NCBI GenBank assembly: GCA_026395435.1
Contig: JAPLYT010000002.1
Span: forward strand, 1 to 46,224
Origin: Candidatus Saccharimonadota bacterium
GTDB lineage: Bacteria > Patescibacteriota > Saccharimonadia > Saccharimonadales > AWTP1-31
Direction of reading: 5' to 3'
Length of the DNA: 46,224 nt
Part shown: positions 1-8,988 of the stretch, piece by piece
How the letters are laid out: every line of letters starts with the position of its first letter
Position numbering within the stretch: position 1 is the first letter of the stretch
Translations under genes and position numbers: made by a program
Notes under the pieces: generated by a model
Told to the model about the DNA's origin: nothing
The model's input: only the letters and a program-made list of their open reading frames with translations
The model's database searches: none

Positions 1-1
1 C

Positions 2-274
2 AGGGGCGGGGGCTACATTGGTGAAAAGCAAGACACTAACTCTCTCAAACAATGGACTGACGAAAAATGGGGCTACACCGGCGAACCAGGGCATAGTAGA
101 TATCTACCACTTAAAGCCAGGCAAGCATTAACACCCGGCGAAAAAGCTGCCACTTCAAGAGCCAAAAATCTAGGAACAAAACAAGGCCATCAATGGGTTG
201 CACAACCCGAAAACATTGCCAAAAAAACGAGTAAATTCAGGCGCAATGACAACTTGCCGGAGAGTTTGAATTAA
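2..274 (+). CDS. 5'-truncated DUF5872-like small basic protein
   Basis: Frame 2 is open from the window edge: RGGGYIGEKQDTNSLKQWTDEKWG...RYLPLKARQALTPGEKAATSRAK...QWVAQPENIAKKTSKFR, TAA at 272-274. The GGGY / SLxxWTxExW / RYLP pattern recalls DUF5872 proteins (from memory, not searched). Confidence 0.65.
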   Translation, partial: RGGGYIGEKQDTNSLKQWTDEKWGYTGEPGHSRYLPLKARQALTPGEKAATSRAKNLGTKQGHQWVAQPENIAKKTSKFRRNDNLPESLN

Positions 275-277
275 TAG

Positions 278-721
278 ATGATTATTCATTTTATTTGTAG
301 AGGTAATGCTTTCAGGAGTAGGATGGCCGAAGCCTACTTTAATTCACTCAATATTAAAGATGCCACAGGGATCTCAAGTGGCACGGTTGCTAAACTTCAT
401 AGTCAAGTCAACAAAGACAACTTTAAAATTACTCAAACGGTATTAGAGGAACATGGACTGAAAAAATACACAAAACCAGATTGGGACCAGTTGACCCAGG
501 AAAGGCTGGATAGTGGCGATATTACGGTGTATCTCAGTAAAAGTGTTAAAGATGAATGCGATTCATTATTCAAGCCCGTACATAACACATTTGTTTTGAA
601 TGTACCAGATTTTGATGAGGCGATACCAAAAATAGAGACCGACGAAGATATTAATGACTACGCAGAAAATACATTTACGTTAGTTGCTTCTTCTATCGAT
701 GAACTTGTGCATATTCTTTGA
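278..721 (+). CDS. Low-molecular-weight phosphatase / arsenate-reductase-like protein (LMWPc fold)
   Basis: N-terminal HFICRGNAFRSRMAEAYF contains the CX5R P-loop; VPD later in the sequence. Confidence 0.75.
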   Translation: MIIHFICRGNAFRSRMAEAYFNSLNIKDATGISSGTVAKLHSQVNKDNFKITQTVLEEHGLKKYTKPDWDQLTQERLDSGDITVYLSKSVKDECDSLFKPVHNTFVLNVPDFDEAIPKIETDEDINDYAENTFTLVASSIDELVHIL

Positions 722-730
722 TATAGTGAG

Positions 731-2473
731 GTGGTGAAAAATAATCCCCTAAAATCTTTATGGTGGGTGCTCAAAGTTCAGTTTGAAAACTCAAAATTAT
801 TTTTGTTGTGGTCGCTGGTTTACTCTTTGTATAACGGTTTTGGGTCTATCGCCACGGTCTACGCTGGGGCAAAATTTCTATCCAATGTAACGGCCATTGC
901 TTTTAAGAAATCATCACCGCACAGTGCTTATTCGTGGCTGATTATCTTACTGGCTTTGGAAATTATAAGCATCACTGTATCAAGAATCAATACGCTTATT
1001 GAGCATAGGGTTCAACAAAAAATGGATCTTAAGCTTAACGACATGTTGATGATAAAAATGTATGAGCTGAGCCAAGAACAATTCGACAACGAAGAGTTTA
1101 ATACAAAGTTAGCCCGGGCTCGAGATAGTCTTGGGTCGATGTGGCGGCTCACAAGTTATTTGTCTTGGACCGCATCTTCAATTGTAAGGTTTGTCAGTGC
1201 TATGGCCGCCATTTTGGTTGTTTCGCCAGCGGTTGGCTTTGTCATTACTGTCATGGTGGTACCCGTCACACTTATTAAAGCTCGGCAAAATAAAGTAAAT
1301 GAAGCTGTCAACAAGCAGATTGAGCCAATAGACCGAGTATCTTTCCGGACCCGCTGGATGATGATCGATCCAAATAGTATGCCCGAGATTAGGCTGATGA
1401 ATGCCTTTGGTCAATTACTTAAGATTTGGAAAAAGAATATTACTAAGTCACAGGACATACTATTCCGAGTCGATAAGAAAATGGCGGTTATTGATTCTGG
1501 AACAGATTTGGTCGAGCCAACAGTGTCTTTTGGCGCTACCCTCTACTTTCTTAGATTGTTGATCATTGGAGTAATATCGCTAGAACGATTTATCTTTTTG
1601 AGAGGCCTGCTAGACCAAGCAAGTAATGCCGCTACCTCGATTGTGACTGGTTTTCAATCGCTGCACGAGACGGCTATAGGTTTGGAGAATTTTGACTATA
1701 TCTACCGAACGAAACCAGCTATTCCTAACGGCACTATCAAGGTAACTAGGCCATTGACTGTCGAGTTCAATCACGTAAGTTTTGGCTACCCTAGTACTGA
1801 AAATCTGGTTCTGGATGATGTCTCATTCCTGATTGTTCCAGGTAGCAAGTTAGCTCTGGTCGGCGAGAATGGTGCAGGCAAATCCACACTCATAAAGCTA
1901 CTTCTCCGTCAGTATCTACCAACCAAAGGGACTATTACGATCAACGGTATTGATATCAAAGATGTCGAACAAAAAAGCTATTACGAAGCCATCAGCAACC
2001 TAAGCCAAGAATTCTTGATGATAAACCACCTGACCATTAAAGATAATCTGCTAATGGGTATCGAACGCAAAGTCGAAGCCCAAGAAATAGAAGCTATGAC
2101 TACCATGGTTGGCGCAACTAATTTTATATCAAAGTTAAAACACAAATACGACCAACGCCTAGATCCATCTTTTGATGATGGTACAGGCCTGTCAGGCGGG
2201 CAACTGCAGCGTCTGGGTGTAGCTCGATCGTTATTGCGAAATGGCGATTTGATGATTCTTGACGAACCAACTAGTGCTATTGACGCAAAGGCCGAGTATT
2301 TGATCTTTAATAACATTTATAAAAGTCATGAAGCAAAAACTACTCTTATTGTCAGCCACCGATTTAGTACCGTCCGTAAGGCCGAAAAAATCATTGTTAT
2401 GGAGAATGGCAAGATTATCAAATGTTCGAGACCCAGGCAGAAGGCTACAAATAATATCTTCAACAATTTGTAG
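731..2473 (+). CDS. ABC transporter, fused permease/ATP-binding protein (C-terminus apparently altered by a deletion)
   Basis: N-terminal TM region; Walker A GENGAGKST, signature LSGGQ, Walker B MILDEPT, H-loop SHR. Confidence 0.9.
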   Translation: MVKNNPLKSLWWVLKVQFENSKLFLLWSLVYSLYNGFGSIATVYAGAKFLSNVTAIAFKKSSPHSAYSWLIILLALEIISITVSRINTLIEHRVQQKMDLKLNDMLMIKMYELSQEQFDNEEFNTKLARARDSLGSMWRLTSYLSWTASSIVRFVSAMAAILVVSPAVGFVITVMVVPVTLIKARQNKVNEAVNKQIEPIDRVSFRTRWMMIDPNSMPEIRLMNAFGQLLKIWKKNITKSQDILFRVDKKMAVIDSGTDLVEPTVSFGATLYFLRLLIIGVISLERFIFLRGLLDQASNAATSIVTGFQSLHETAIGLENFDYIYRTKPAIPNGTIKVTRPLTVEFNHVSFGYPSTENLVLDDVSFLIVPGSKLALVGENGAGKSTLIKLLLRQYLPTKGTITINGIDIKDVEQKSYYEAISNLSQEFLMINHLTIKDNLLMGIERKVEAQEIEAMTTMVGATNFISKLKHKYDQRLDPSFDDGTGLSGGQLQRLGVARSLLRNGDLMILDEPTSAIDAKAEYLIFNNIYKSHEAKTTLIVSHRFSTVRKAEKIIVMENGKIIKCSRPRQKATNNIFNNL

Positions 2474-2513
2474 GTTCACAGATAGTTAAAGGTTTTATTG
2501 ATACAATATTGTC

Positions 2514-3224
2514 ATGGGACTACCAAATTCAGACCAAAATAACTCCGAACTGGAGACCAACATGAGAACTTCTCAAGAACAATCATTAGTCGACAATGAA
2601 CAAGCCAAGCTGAACTCACTCTTTGGTGCCTATCCAGAGAACGAACGTCATCTTATCTTCACTCAGGATGGAATGGAATTCATAGCCTGCGGAAAACCCA
2701 ATCCCGATCATCAAAGCATACTTATTGCAGGCATTACTGCTATGGAGCAACGGTTTGAAAAAGATGTCATTACGCAAGCCTTTAAGGGTGTGAAGATATA
2801 TCTGGCTAATGGCATTGCCTCGGGTGGCGGAGAAGCTTTGCCCCGTGTGGACACGATTATTCTGAATGCTGAAAATATGGGAATGAATGTGGCTCAAATG
2901 GAGGCAATCGCATCAGAAGCAGGCATGTATCGAGTGGGGGATCAGAGTGATGTATTCGGCGCAGATGCTGACGCCAGTGAAGTGGGATTCGTTCACGAAC
3001 TGGGACACATTCTCGAATTTCGAGCGCATTTAGATATGGGTGTTGGCTTCCAAACATTAGATTCGTTGAAATCACCTACCTGGTATGGTCAACAAAAGCC
3101 GCGCGAGGATTATGCTGAGAGCTGGATGTTTATGGTTTATGGACACTCTATTGACCAAGATCGGGAGGCTATATTGCAAGCAGATCTGAAAAAGGTTGCG
3201 GCTGCAAACGTATCTAGGCTCTAA
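2514..3224 (+). CDS. Putative zinc metallopeptidase (zincin-like HExxH)
   Basis: VHELGH followed by YGQQKPREDYAES, a typical third-ligand segment. Confidence 0.55.
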   Translation: MGLPNSDQNNSELETNMRTSQEQSLVDNEQAKLNSLFGAYPENERHLIFTQDGMEFIACGKPNPDHQSILIAGITAMEQRFEKDVITQAFKGVKIYLANGIASGGGEALPRVDTIILNAENMGMNVAQMEAIASEAGMYRVGDQSDVFGADADASEVGFVHELGHILEFRAHLDMGVGFQTLDSLKSPTWYGQQKPREDYAESWMFMVYGHSIDQDREAILQADLKKVAAANVSRL

Positions 3225-3272
3225 TCTGTCACAACTATTCAATTTTATTTTCCGCTGTGATATGATTTTTAT

Positions 3273-4043
3273 ATGAGTAAACATAACAACTTTGAATATC
3301 AACAATTAAGAAAATGGAATGTTAGAGCTGGGCTTTTGCATTTAACATCATTGATTGCAGTGCTATTGCTTGCAAATAATTTCTCGCTGCCCATTACAGC
3401 AACCTATATGACTGGTCCTCCAGGGACTGATTCAACTGGTCCGATCGTTTTGTTTAGTGTTAAGGTAGCCTACACGATTGCAGTTTTTCTCGGTTTGTCG
3501 GCATTTTTCCACTTTTTTATATCCATGAGCACGGTTTTCCCCAGATATGTTAATGGGCTAAAAAACAATCGGAACATTTTTAGATGGGTTGAATATTCAT
3601 TGAGCTCGACAATTATGATATTTGTTATTTCACAACTAAACGGCACCAGCAACTATGCTGCTCTGTTGGGGATTTGTGGTGTCAATGTTTCGATGATTCT
3701 TTTTGGCTGGCTGCAAGAAAAGTACAATAAGCCAGGTGATAAGCAGTGGCTACCATTTATATTTGGTTGTATCGCTGGCATAATCCCCTGGATTATCTTC
3801 ACCATTCAGCTTATTTCGCCAAAAGGGCCTTCTACCGCTACGGCACCAGGATTTGTCTACGGGATAGTCATATCGTTGTTCCTACTTTTCAATTGTTTTG
3901 CGATCGTTCAATTTTTGCAATACCGGGCAAAAGGCAAATGGGCAAATTATCTTCGAGGCGAAAAAGCATATATTATCCTGAGCTTTGTGGCAAAATCTTT
4001 GCTTGCATGGCAAATATTCGCTGGCGCCCTTGCTGCTAAATAA
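3273..4043 (+). CDS. heR: Heliorhodopsin
   Basis: Seven hydrophobic segments; LRKWNxxAGLLH (TM1 His), SAFFH (TM2 His), RWVEYSLSS (counterion Glu), retinal-binding SFVAKSLLAW. Confidence 0.93.
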   Translation: MSKHNNFEYQQLRKWNVRAGLLHLTSLIAVLLLANNFSLPITATYMTGPPGTDSTGPIVLFSVKVAYTIAVFLGLSAFFHFFISMSTVFPRYVNGLKNNRNIFRWVEYSLSSTIMIFVISQLNGTSNYAALLGICGVNVSMILFGWLQEKYNKPGDKQWLPFIFGCIAGIIPWIIFTIQLISPKGPSTATAPGFVYGIVISLFLLFNCFAIVQFLQYRAKGKWANYLRGEKAYIILSFVAKSLLAWQIFAGALAAK

Positions 4044-4161
4044 AATGTAGAAATACGTATTTGTACTGAGCCTTTGGTCGTGTATTGTCGTGAACGATAT
4101 TTTGCCATGACCCGCACTATCGTACTTGTGCTTATTGTGATATAACTGAGTGTACTTATAC

Positions 4162-6258
4162 ATGGATGAAACAAATAACTTTCCGCTACCATCGTCAGGG
4201 CCTATCCCGGATGAAGTCTTGCAGAATCAAGAGCAGGCTATTGCTCCGCCTACCGTTGAATCTATCCAAGAAGAAGAGTTTGTAGAGTCGTTTGTAGACA
4301 GCCAAGGAATCGAGCGCAATCCGTCACAGCCAATCGTACTTTTGGATAAAGAGGCCCGTGATGCAATTGATGGATTTTTTGTCGAACACGATCGCTATGC
4401 CGACACCATAGAAACGACATTAGACTTGGCGACGGAGCTGAGATCTTACATCCAGCGTCCCGATAAGACCGGAACATATTTTGGCACGCTACATTCACCG
4501 GAAGCTTTAGCACGGCGCGTTAACGCTGCTACGAATGCTGCACAATCTCCCCTCGAGAGTATACCTTCGGCCGAATCAGATAAGCCAGTAGAGTCTCCTT
4601 TGGCAGAAATTACGGACAGAATCAAAGCCAGCAAAACTCTCTTGGCAGAAATGCCCGTTATTTCTATCCAGGAAGGTGCAAGCATTGGAGATATCAAGAG
4701 CTATATCGAAAGACTTCATCCTGATGTAAAAAAAGTTGTTGATGATATTGATTTAGGGGGCGTTAAATTACGTCTAAGCTCATCTGCTCGCAACGAGGTA
4801 ATCCAGCAGATAAACTACAGCGTATCTAGGCTAAAGCGAGAAACCGAGAGGGTAGCAACAGACAGTGGCGCTGTAAGTACCGATATAATACAGTCGGTCA
4901 AATCTGCCTTGGTTGATGCCATGAAGGATGTCGAGCCAACCAGCCCAAGTGAAGAAACTGCCGAATTTCATGAGAGGCGAATGAAACGAGGGTCTGAAAT
5001 AGATCAAGGTCACACACCAGTCCAAAACGAAGAGATTCTAGGAGAATTTAACGGTGAAATATCTTCGATTCTTGATGTTCTACGAACTATGGGTTCGGCA
5101 GAAGAAGCTGCATTGGGTGCGCTTACATCTCCCGATGCATTAGAAGCACTCGATCAACTGTCTGAAGTAGATAAACAAAAGCTATTTACAGAAATTACTC
5201 AAAAAATAGGATATGTACTTAAAAGCGATGAAGTTATGCTCGCTCATCGAGATGGAATATTCGATGCACTAAATAAAGGGCGGAATATCGATGCTACGAT
5301 TAAATATCATGTTGATGTGGCTATGGCCACAGTATTCAAAGAAAGGGCCCTTCCCATGGTCTACGTTTCGGATGTGGAGCGAACTCGTACCAAAGAATTG
5401 ATCGATAAATATAATGTATTAATACCAAATGCAATTTCAAACCCAGCAGACTATATTGATCGTAAATTTAGGTTAGACGGTCTAGATATTGTTTCAGCCT
5501 CTCAGTTTGTTTGCCACGCGACAAGCTTCACTGCAGAGATACTAGCGTCAGAAAAACTGAGGCCGAAACAAGCGCAACTTGATAATGGAGTCCTTCACGA
5601 ACAGATGATGTCAGCGAGTCAAACGTGGACTTCAGATGACCCTAATAGTCTGACAACTCACTCGAGCGTCCCGCACTTTTCTGAGGGTTATAGTCCTGGC
5701 TATTTAATGCCAAGGGAAGGCGGTATTAAGGGTATATTCTTGATACCTATGGCCGACATCGTAGCTGTCGCTCCATATGACTTTCAAGGAAGGTACTTAA
5801 AAATATTGCCGTCTGCTCCAACAAGTAGGTACGGACAAAGTTCGCCGCCGAGTCAAACCAACGATACATTTAGAGATGATTTAGTCTTTTATGCTTCTCC
5901 TGATTATGAGACTTCAGATGATTACGAGATACCATTGGATGGCAGTTCTGTCGTGATTATCCAAGATGAGGGTCAAGAATTACAGATACCTGACCTTTCT
6001 AGTGACCATGTTCGAATCGTCAAAAATGTAGCCGGCCAGAACTATCCTGCGGGAGAAGTTAGTCAGGCAATCTATGATCTAAGCCAATCACGTGAAGTTG
6101 AGCAAACAGCAAGAGTCATTATCCCCCTCCGTGAAGGTGGCATCAATTTCACTCCTGAAACGCCTAAATATCAGGGTGGCACGAGCAGTAGAAGGGGCAG
6201 CCAAATAGGCAGACAATTAACTGCACCTGGGCCAGTAGAACGGATAAGAATTCGGTAG
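4162..6258 (+). CDS. Large hypothetical protein (helical N-terminal part; possible ADP-ribosyltransferase-like C-terminal domain)
   Basis: ~700-aa ORF; C-terminal CHAT...ILASEKLRP...PHFS pattern (weak). First ATG at 4162. Confidence 0.6.
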   Translation: MDETNNFPLPSSGPIPDEVLQNQEQAIAPPTVESIQEEEFVESFVDSQGIERNPSQPIVLLDKEARDAIDGFFVEHDRYADTIETTLDLATELRSYIQRPDKTGTYFGTLHSPEALARRVNAATNAAQSPLESIPSAESDKPVESPLAEITDRIKASKTLLAEMPVISIQEGASIGDIKSYIERLHPDVKKVVDDIDLGGVKLRLSSSARNEVIQQINYSVSRLKRETERVATDSGAVSTDIIQSVKSALVDAMKDVEPTSPSEETAEFHERRMKRGSEIDQGHTPVQNEEILGEFNGEISSILDVLRTMGSAEEAALGALTSPDALEALDQLSEVDKQKLFTEITQKIGYVLKSDEVMLAHRDGIFDALNKGRNIDATIKYHVDVAMATVFKERALPMVYVSDVERTRTKELIDKYNVLIPNAISNPADYIDRKFRLDGLDIVSASQFVCHATSFTAEILASEKLRPKQAQLDNGVLHEQMMSASQTWTSDDPNSLTTHSSVPHFSEGYSPGYLMPREGGIKGIFLIPMADIVAVAPYDFQGRYLKILPSAPTSRYGQSSPPSQTNDTFRDDLVFYASPDYETSDDYEIPLDGSSVVIIQDEGQELQIPDLSSDHVRIVKNVAGQNYPAGEVSQAIYDLSQSREVEQTARVIIPLREGGINFTPETPKYQGGTSSRRGSQIGRQLTAPGPVERIRIR

Positions 6259-6299
6259 ATTTAGCCACTTCGGGCACGTATCTCTCGCTTATGTGGTAC

Positions 6300-6434
6300 C
6301 TATTCTGCGTCGCTCCGTGCATCTTCGAGGGCATCTTTTTGGGAATCGGTGAGCGTCTTATAATTCTTGTTTGCTGGCTTTTTGTAGAGCTTATTCAAGA
6401 CTGCAACGGGGATAATGTATTTGAAAATATTCAT
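6300..6434 (-). CDS. Putative 44-aa microprotein
   Basis: MNIFKYIIPVAVLNKLYKKPANKNYKTLTDSQKDALEDARSDAE*, preceded by TGGTACACT-N6-ATG like other leaderless genes here. Confidence 0.45.
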   Translation of the reverse strand: MNIFKYIIPVAVLNKLYKKPANKNYKTLTDSQKDALEDARSDAE

Positions 6435-6564
6435 ATCCTCAGTGTACCATTTCTAGCCCAATCAAATCACATAAACCCTATCTGTTAGAGACTAATCCGG
6501 TGCTATTCTCATGAACAGAGCATTCGGCAACATGCTATAATTTACCTAAACCTAATCACAAATC

Positions 6565-7407
6565 ATGCCCAAACAAAAACAAGCTAAAGCAATAAAAAAC
6601 ATTCGGAGCCACTCCCATCGTGATCATGTATTGGTTTTGATGTTGTGTGCAATAGTATTAGCAATATTGAGCACGGTATTGTATTTCCATGAAACTAAAA
6701 CCAAGAAAGTAGATTCTACGCCGGCTGTCACTGTAATAAAAAAACAAGATGATCAAGTACCAAAAACTAAGAAAAAGGTACGTTTTGAGATAAGACAAAA
6801 AATACTACGTGATTATACTATACCGCCGGTCATTAATGGCTTGGCTCCCGTATTAAGTTCGATTCCGACCAAACGTCCCGTCGTATTTTTAGGCATTGAT
6901 GATGGGGCCAACAAGCAGCCGTTTGAGCTTGAAATGGTTAAAGCAAATAATATTAAAGCGTCGCTGTATCTGGCCAATCGTTTCATATCGAATGATTATG
7001 ATTATTTCAAAGATTACATTACTGCTGGATCTTTAATCGAAGATCATTCCATGACCCATACATTGCTCGCCGGTAAATCCTATGGGTTTCAGAAACAAGA
7101 AATATGCGACACTGCAGAGTTATTCTTGAGTAAATATGGTCGGCGTCCAATTTTCTTTCGACCTCCTGGCGGCAGTTATGATGTCACCACTCAACGAGCG
7201 GCCGCTGATTGCGGTATGAAGGCAGTAGTGCTTTGGATTGCCAAAGCCAACGGTGGTTCGATGCAGTATCAAATTGGGAACAAGCTACGCCCGGGTGACA
7301 TTGTGCTGATGCATTTCCGGCCGGAATTCAAAGCAGACATGCAGGCATTCCTCAATGCTCAAAACGCTGCTGGCCTGCACACCGAACTGTTAGAGGATTG
7401 GCTATAA
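6565..7407 (+). CDS. Membrane-anchored polysaccharide deacetylase (CE4/NodB)
   Basis: N-terminal TM; LGIDDG, HSMTH, FRPPGG, IVLMH motifs. Confidence 0.88.
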   Translation: MPKQKQAKAIKNIRSHSHRDHVLVLMLCAIVLAILSTVLYFHETKTKKVDSTPAVTVIKKQDDQVPKTKKKVRFEIRQKILRDYTIPPVINGLAPVLSSIPTKRPVVFLGIDDGANKQPFELEMVKANNIKASLYLANRFISNDYDYFKDYITAGSLIEDHSMTHTLLAGKSYGFQKQEICDTAELFLSKYGRRPIFFRPPGGSYDVTTQRAAADCGMKAVVLWIAKANGGSMQYQIGNKLRPGDIVLMHFRPEFKADMQAFLNAQNAAGLHTELLEDWL

Positions 7408-7432
7408 CAAAGCTCATTGGTACACTGGATAC

Positions 7433-8179
7433 ATGAATACACTCACGCCTCCGAGTAGGGGGGAATCATCGCCTATTATTGATCCTATCATCCGGGCCGA
7501 ACTGTTCCCAGGCACTGAATTAACGCTGGCTACTGAACAGGAGCGTGTTGCGCAGTGGCAAAAAACTGGAGAAGCCACCGGACCAAAACATATTGGCATG
7601 CTGGATCTCGATCCGGATGTACTTGAGGCAATCAAGCGTGAAGCGACATTCGACTTTTGTTCACTTGATTATGATTATTTCAGTGACGATGAAGAACGGG
7701 CATCGGATGCCGCAGCTCTTGAAAAAATCCCACTCATGAGCGTCGATGCTCGCAAGGTGCTAGGTGATCTGTTGAGTACGTTTATCGACATAACAGAACA
7801 AGATCGATCACGGAGTGATCTTGGCGATGAATATATCCGTGCTCCGACATACATGTATATCGGCATGTACAAGTATTCAGAGCTTGACCCGCATATAGAT
7901 CTTGGGTTTGGTGGGTATGTGCCGCGATACATTGCAACCATCGCAGGGCCATCAACATTATTTTATACCGGCAAGACAGACCCGAGGAAATTCTCTGAAG
8001 AGCAAGTTTCGGATCCAGTAGAATCGATTGATTATCCGACAATTTCCAGTGGAACAAACGTGATCGACAGATTTGCTGCAGACTGCGACCCTCACAGTAC
8101 ACCTATTGTGGATGAACCGGTTTTCCGGATAACAATAATTTCGCAATTCCATCCAAAACGACCATATTACGATGTATAG
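7433..8179 (+). CDS. Hypothetical protein, possible Fe(II)/2-oxoglutarate oxygenase fold (DUF1826-like)
   Basis: PHID...RYIATIAGPSTLF...PHSTP...FRITI resembles HxD...H...R of double-stranded beta-helix oxygenases. Confidence 0.5.
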   Translation: MNTLTPPSRGESSPIIDPIIRAELFPGTELTLATEQERVAQWQKTGEATGPKHIGMLDLDPDVLEAIKREATFDFCSLDYDYFSDDEERASDAAALEKIPLMSVDARKVLGDLLSTFIDITEQDRSRSDLGDEYIRAPTYMYIGMYKYSELDPHIDLGFGGYVPRYIATIAGPSTLFYTGKTDPRKFSEEQVSDPVESIDYPTISSGTNVIDRFAADCDPHSTPIVDEPVFRITIISQFHPKRPYYDV

Positions 8180-8186
8180 TAGTGCT

Positions 8187-8780
8187 ATGCATACAGAAAT
8201 AGAAGCCAAATGGCTTGATGTTGATCACAATGATCTACGTCTCAAACTCAAGAACATCGGAGCGGAGCTGGTCCATTCCGAGAGACTCATGGCTCGCAAA
8301 ATCTATGATTTTCCTAATGCACAACTAAAAAAAGTAGGTGGATGGGCACGAGTTCGCGATGAGGGCGACAGAGTGACGATGAGCTACAAACAACAAGACG
8401 ATAAAAGTTTGCATGGGACCAAAGAGGTTAACCTAACTGTTGATTCATTCGATGAGGCAGATTCTTTCTTGCTCGCTCTCGGACTCGTTTGTAAATCGAC
8501 CCAAGAAACTAAGCGAGAGAGCTGGAAACTTGGTGACGTTGAGATTGAGCTCGACACCTGGCCATGGATTCCTCCTTACGTAGAGATCGAAGCACCGTCA
8601 GAATCTGAATTAACAAAAACCGCTAAGGCACTAGGACTAACCTATGAAGAGGGCTTACCAGGGGCGGTGAGTGTCGCGTATCGGGCGGTGTATGAGTTGG
8701 TACCTGGAGAAGTCGACTCTTGGGAGTCTATTACCTTTACGCCTATTCCAGAGTGGTTGGAAGCAAAAATTAAGAAGTAA
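8187..8780 (+). CDS. CYTH-domain protein (class IV adenylate cyclase-like)
   Basis: EIEAK N-terminal motif, RVRDEG, ETKRESW, YVEIEA; TATAGT box 6 nt before ATG 8187. Confidence 0.85.
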   Translation: MHTEIEAKWLDVDHNDLRLKLKNIGAELVHSERLMARKIYDFPNAQLKKVGGWARVRDEGDRVTMSYKQQDDKSLHGTKEVNLTVDSFDEADSFLLALGLVCKSTQETKRESWKLGDVEIELDTWPWIPPYVEIEAPSESELTKTAKALGLTYEEGLPGAVSVAYRAVYELVPGEVDSWESITFTPIPEWLEAKIKK

Positions 8781-8829
8781 ACAGGCAATTTTGTAATTAC
8801 GGCTAACACGGATTACAATAGAGAGTAAT

Positions 8830-8946
8830 ATGCTTAAGCTCTCCAAAAATCAAAAAGGTTTTATACCCATGATGTTGGCGATTATTGCGGTAGTTTTGGC
8901 TATTATTTTGTTCGCCTTCTTAAAAGTCAGAGCACATAATTCGTAA
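8830..8946 (+). CDS. 38-aa prepilin-like microprotein
   Basis: MLKLSKNQKG|FIPMMLAIIAVVLAIILFAFLKVRAHNS*: class III signal peptide (QKG/F) plus one hydrophobic helix. Confidence 0.55.
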   Translation: MLKLSKNQKGFIPMMLAIIAVVLAIILFAFLKVRAHNS

Positions 8947-8988
8947 CTATCCCCTGACACCACGTATTCTCTGTAATACACTGTAAGT

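Noticed and set aside
3226..3272. CRP site upstream of heliorhodopsin
   Set aside because: Only a TGTGA half-site overlapping the -10 element; no TCACA at the required spacing.
3273..4043. Type-1 proton-pumping rhodopsin
   Set aside because: Has heliorhodopsin motifs (RWVEY, SxxAK) rather than RYxDW and DxxxK.
6291..6488. 65-aa plus-strand ORF
   Set aside because: No RBS, promoter or recognisable motif; the opposite-strand 44-aa ORF has better support.
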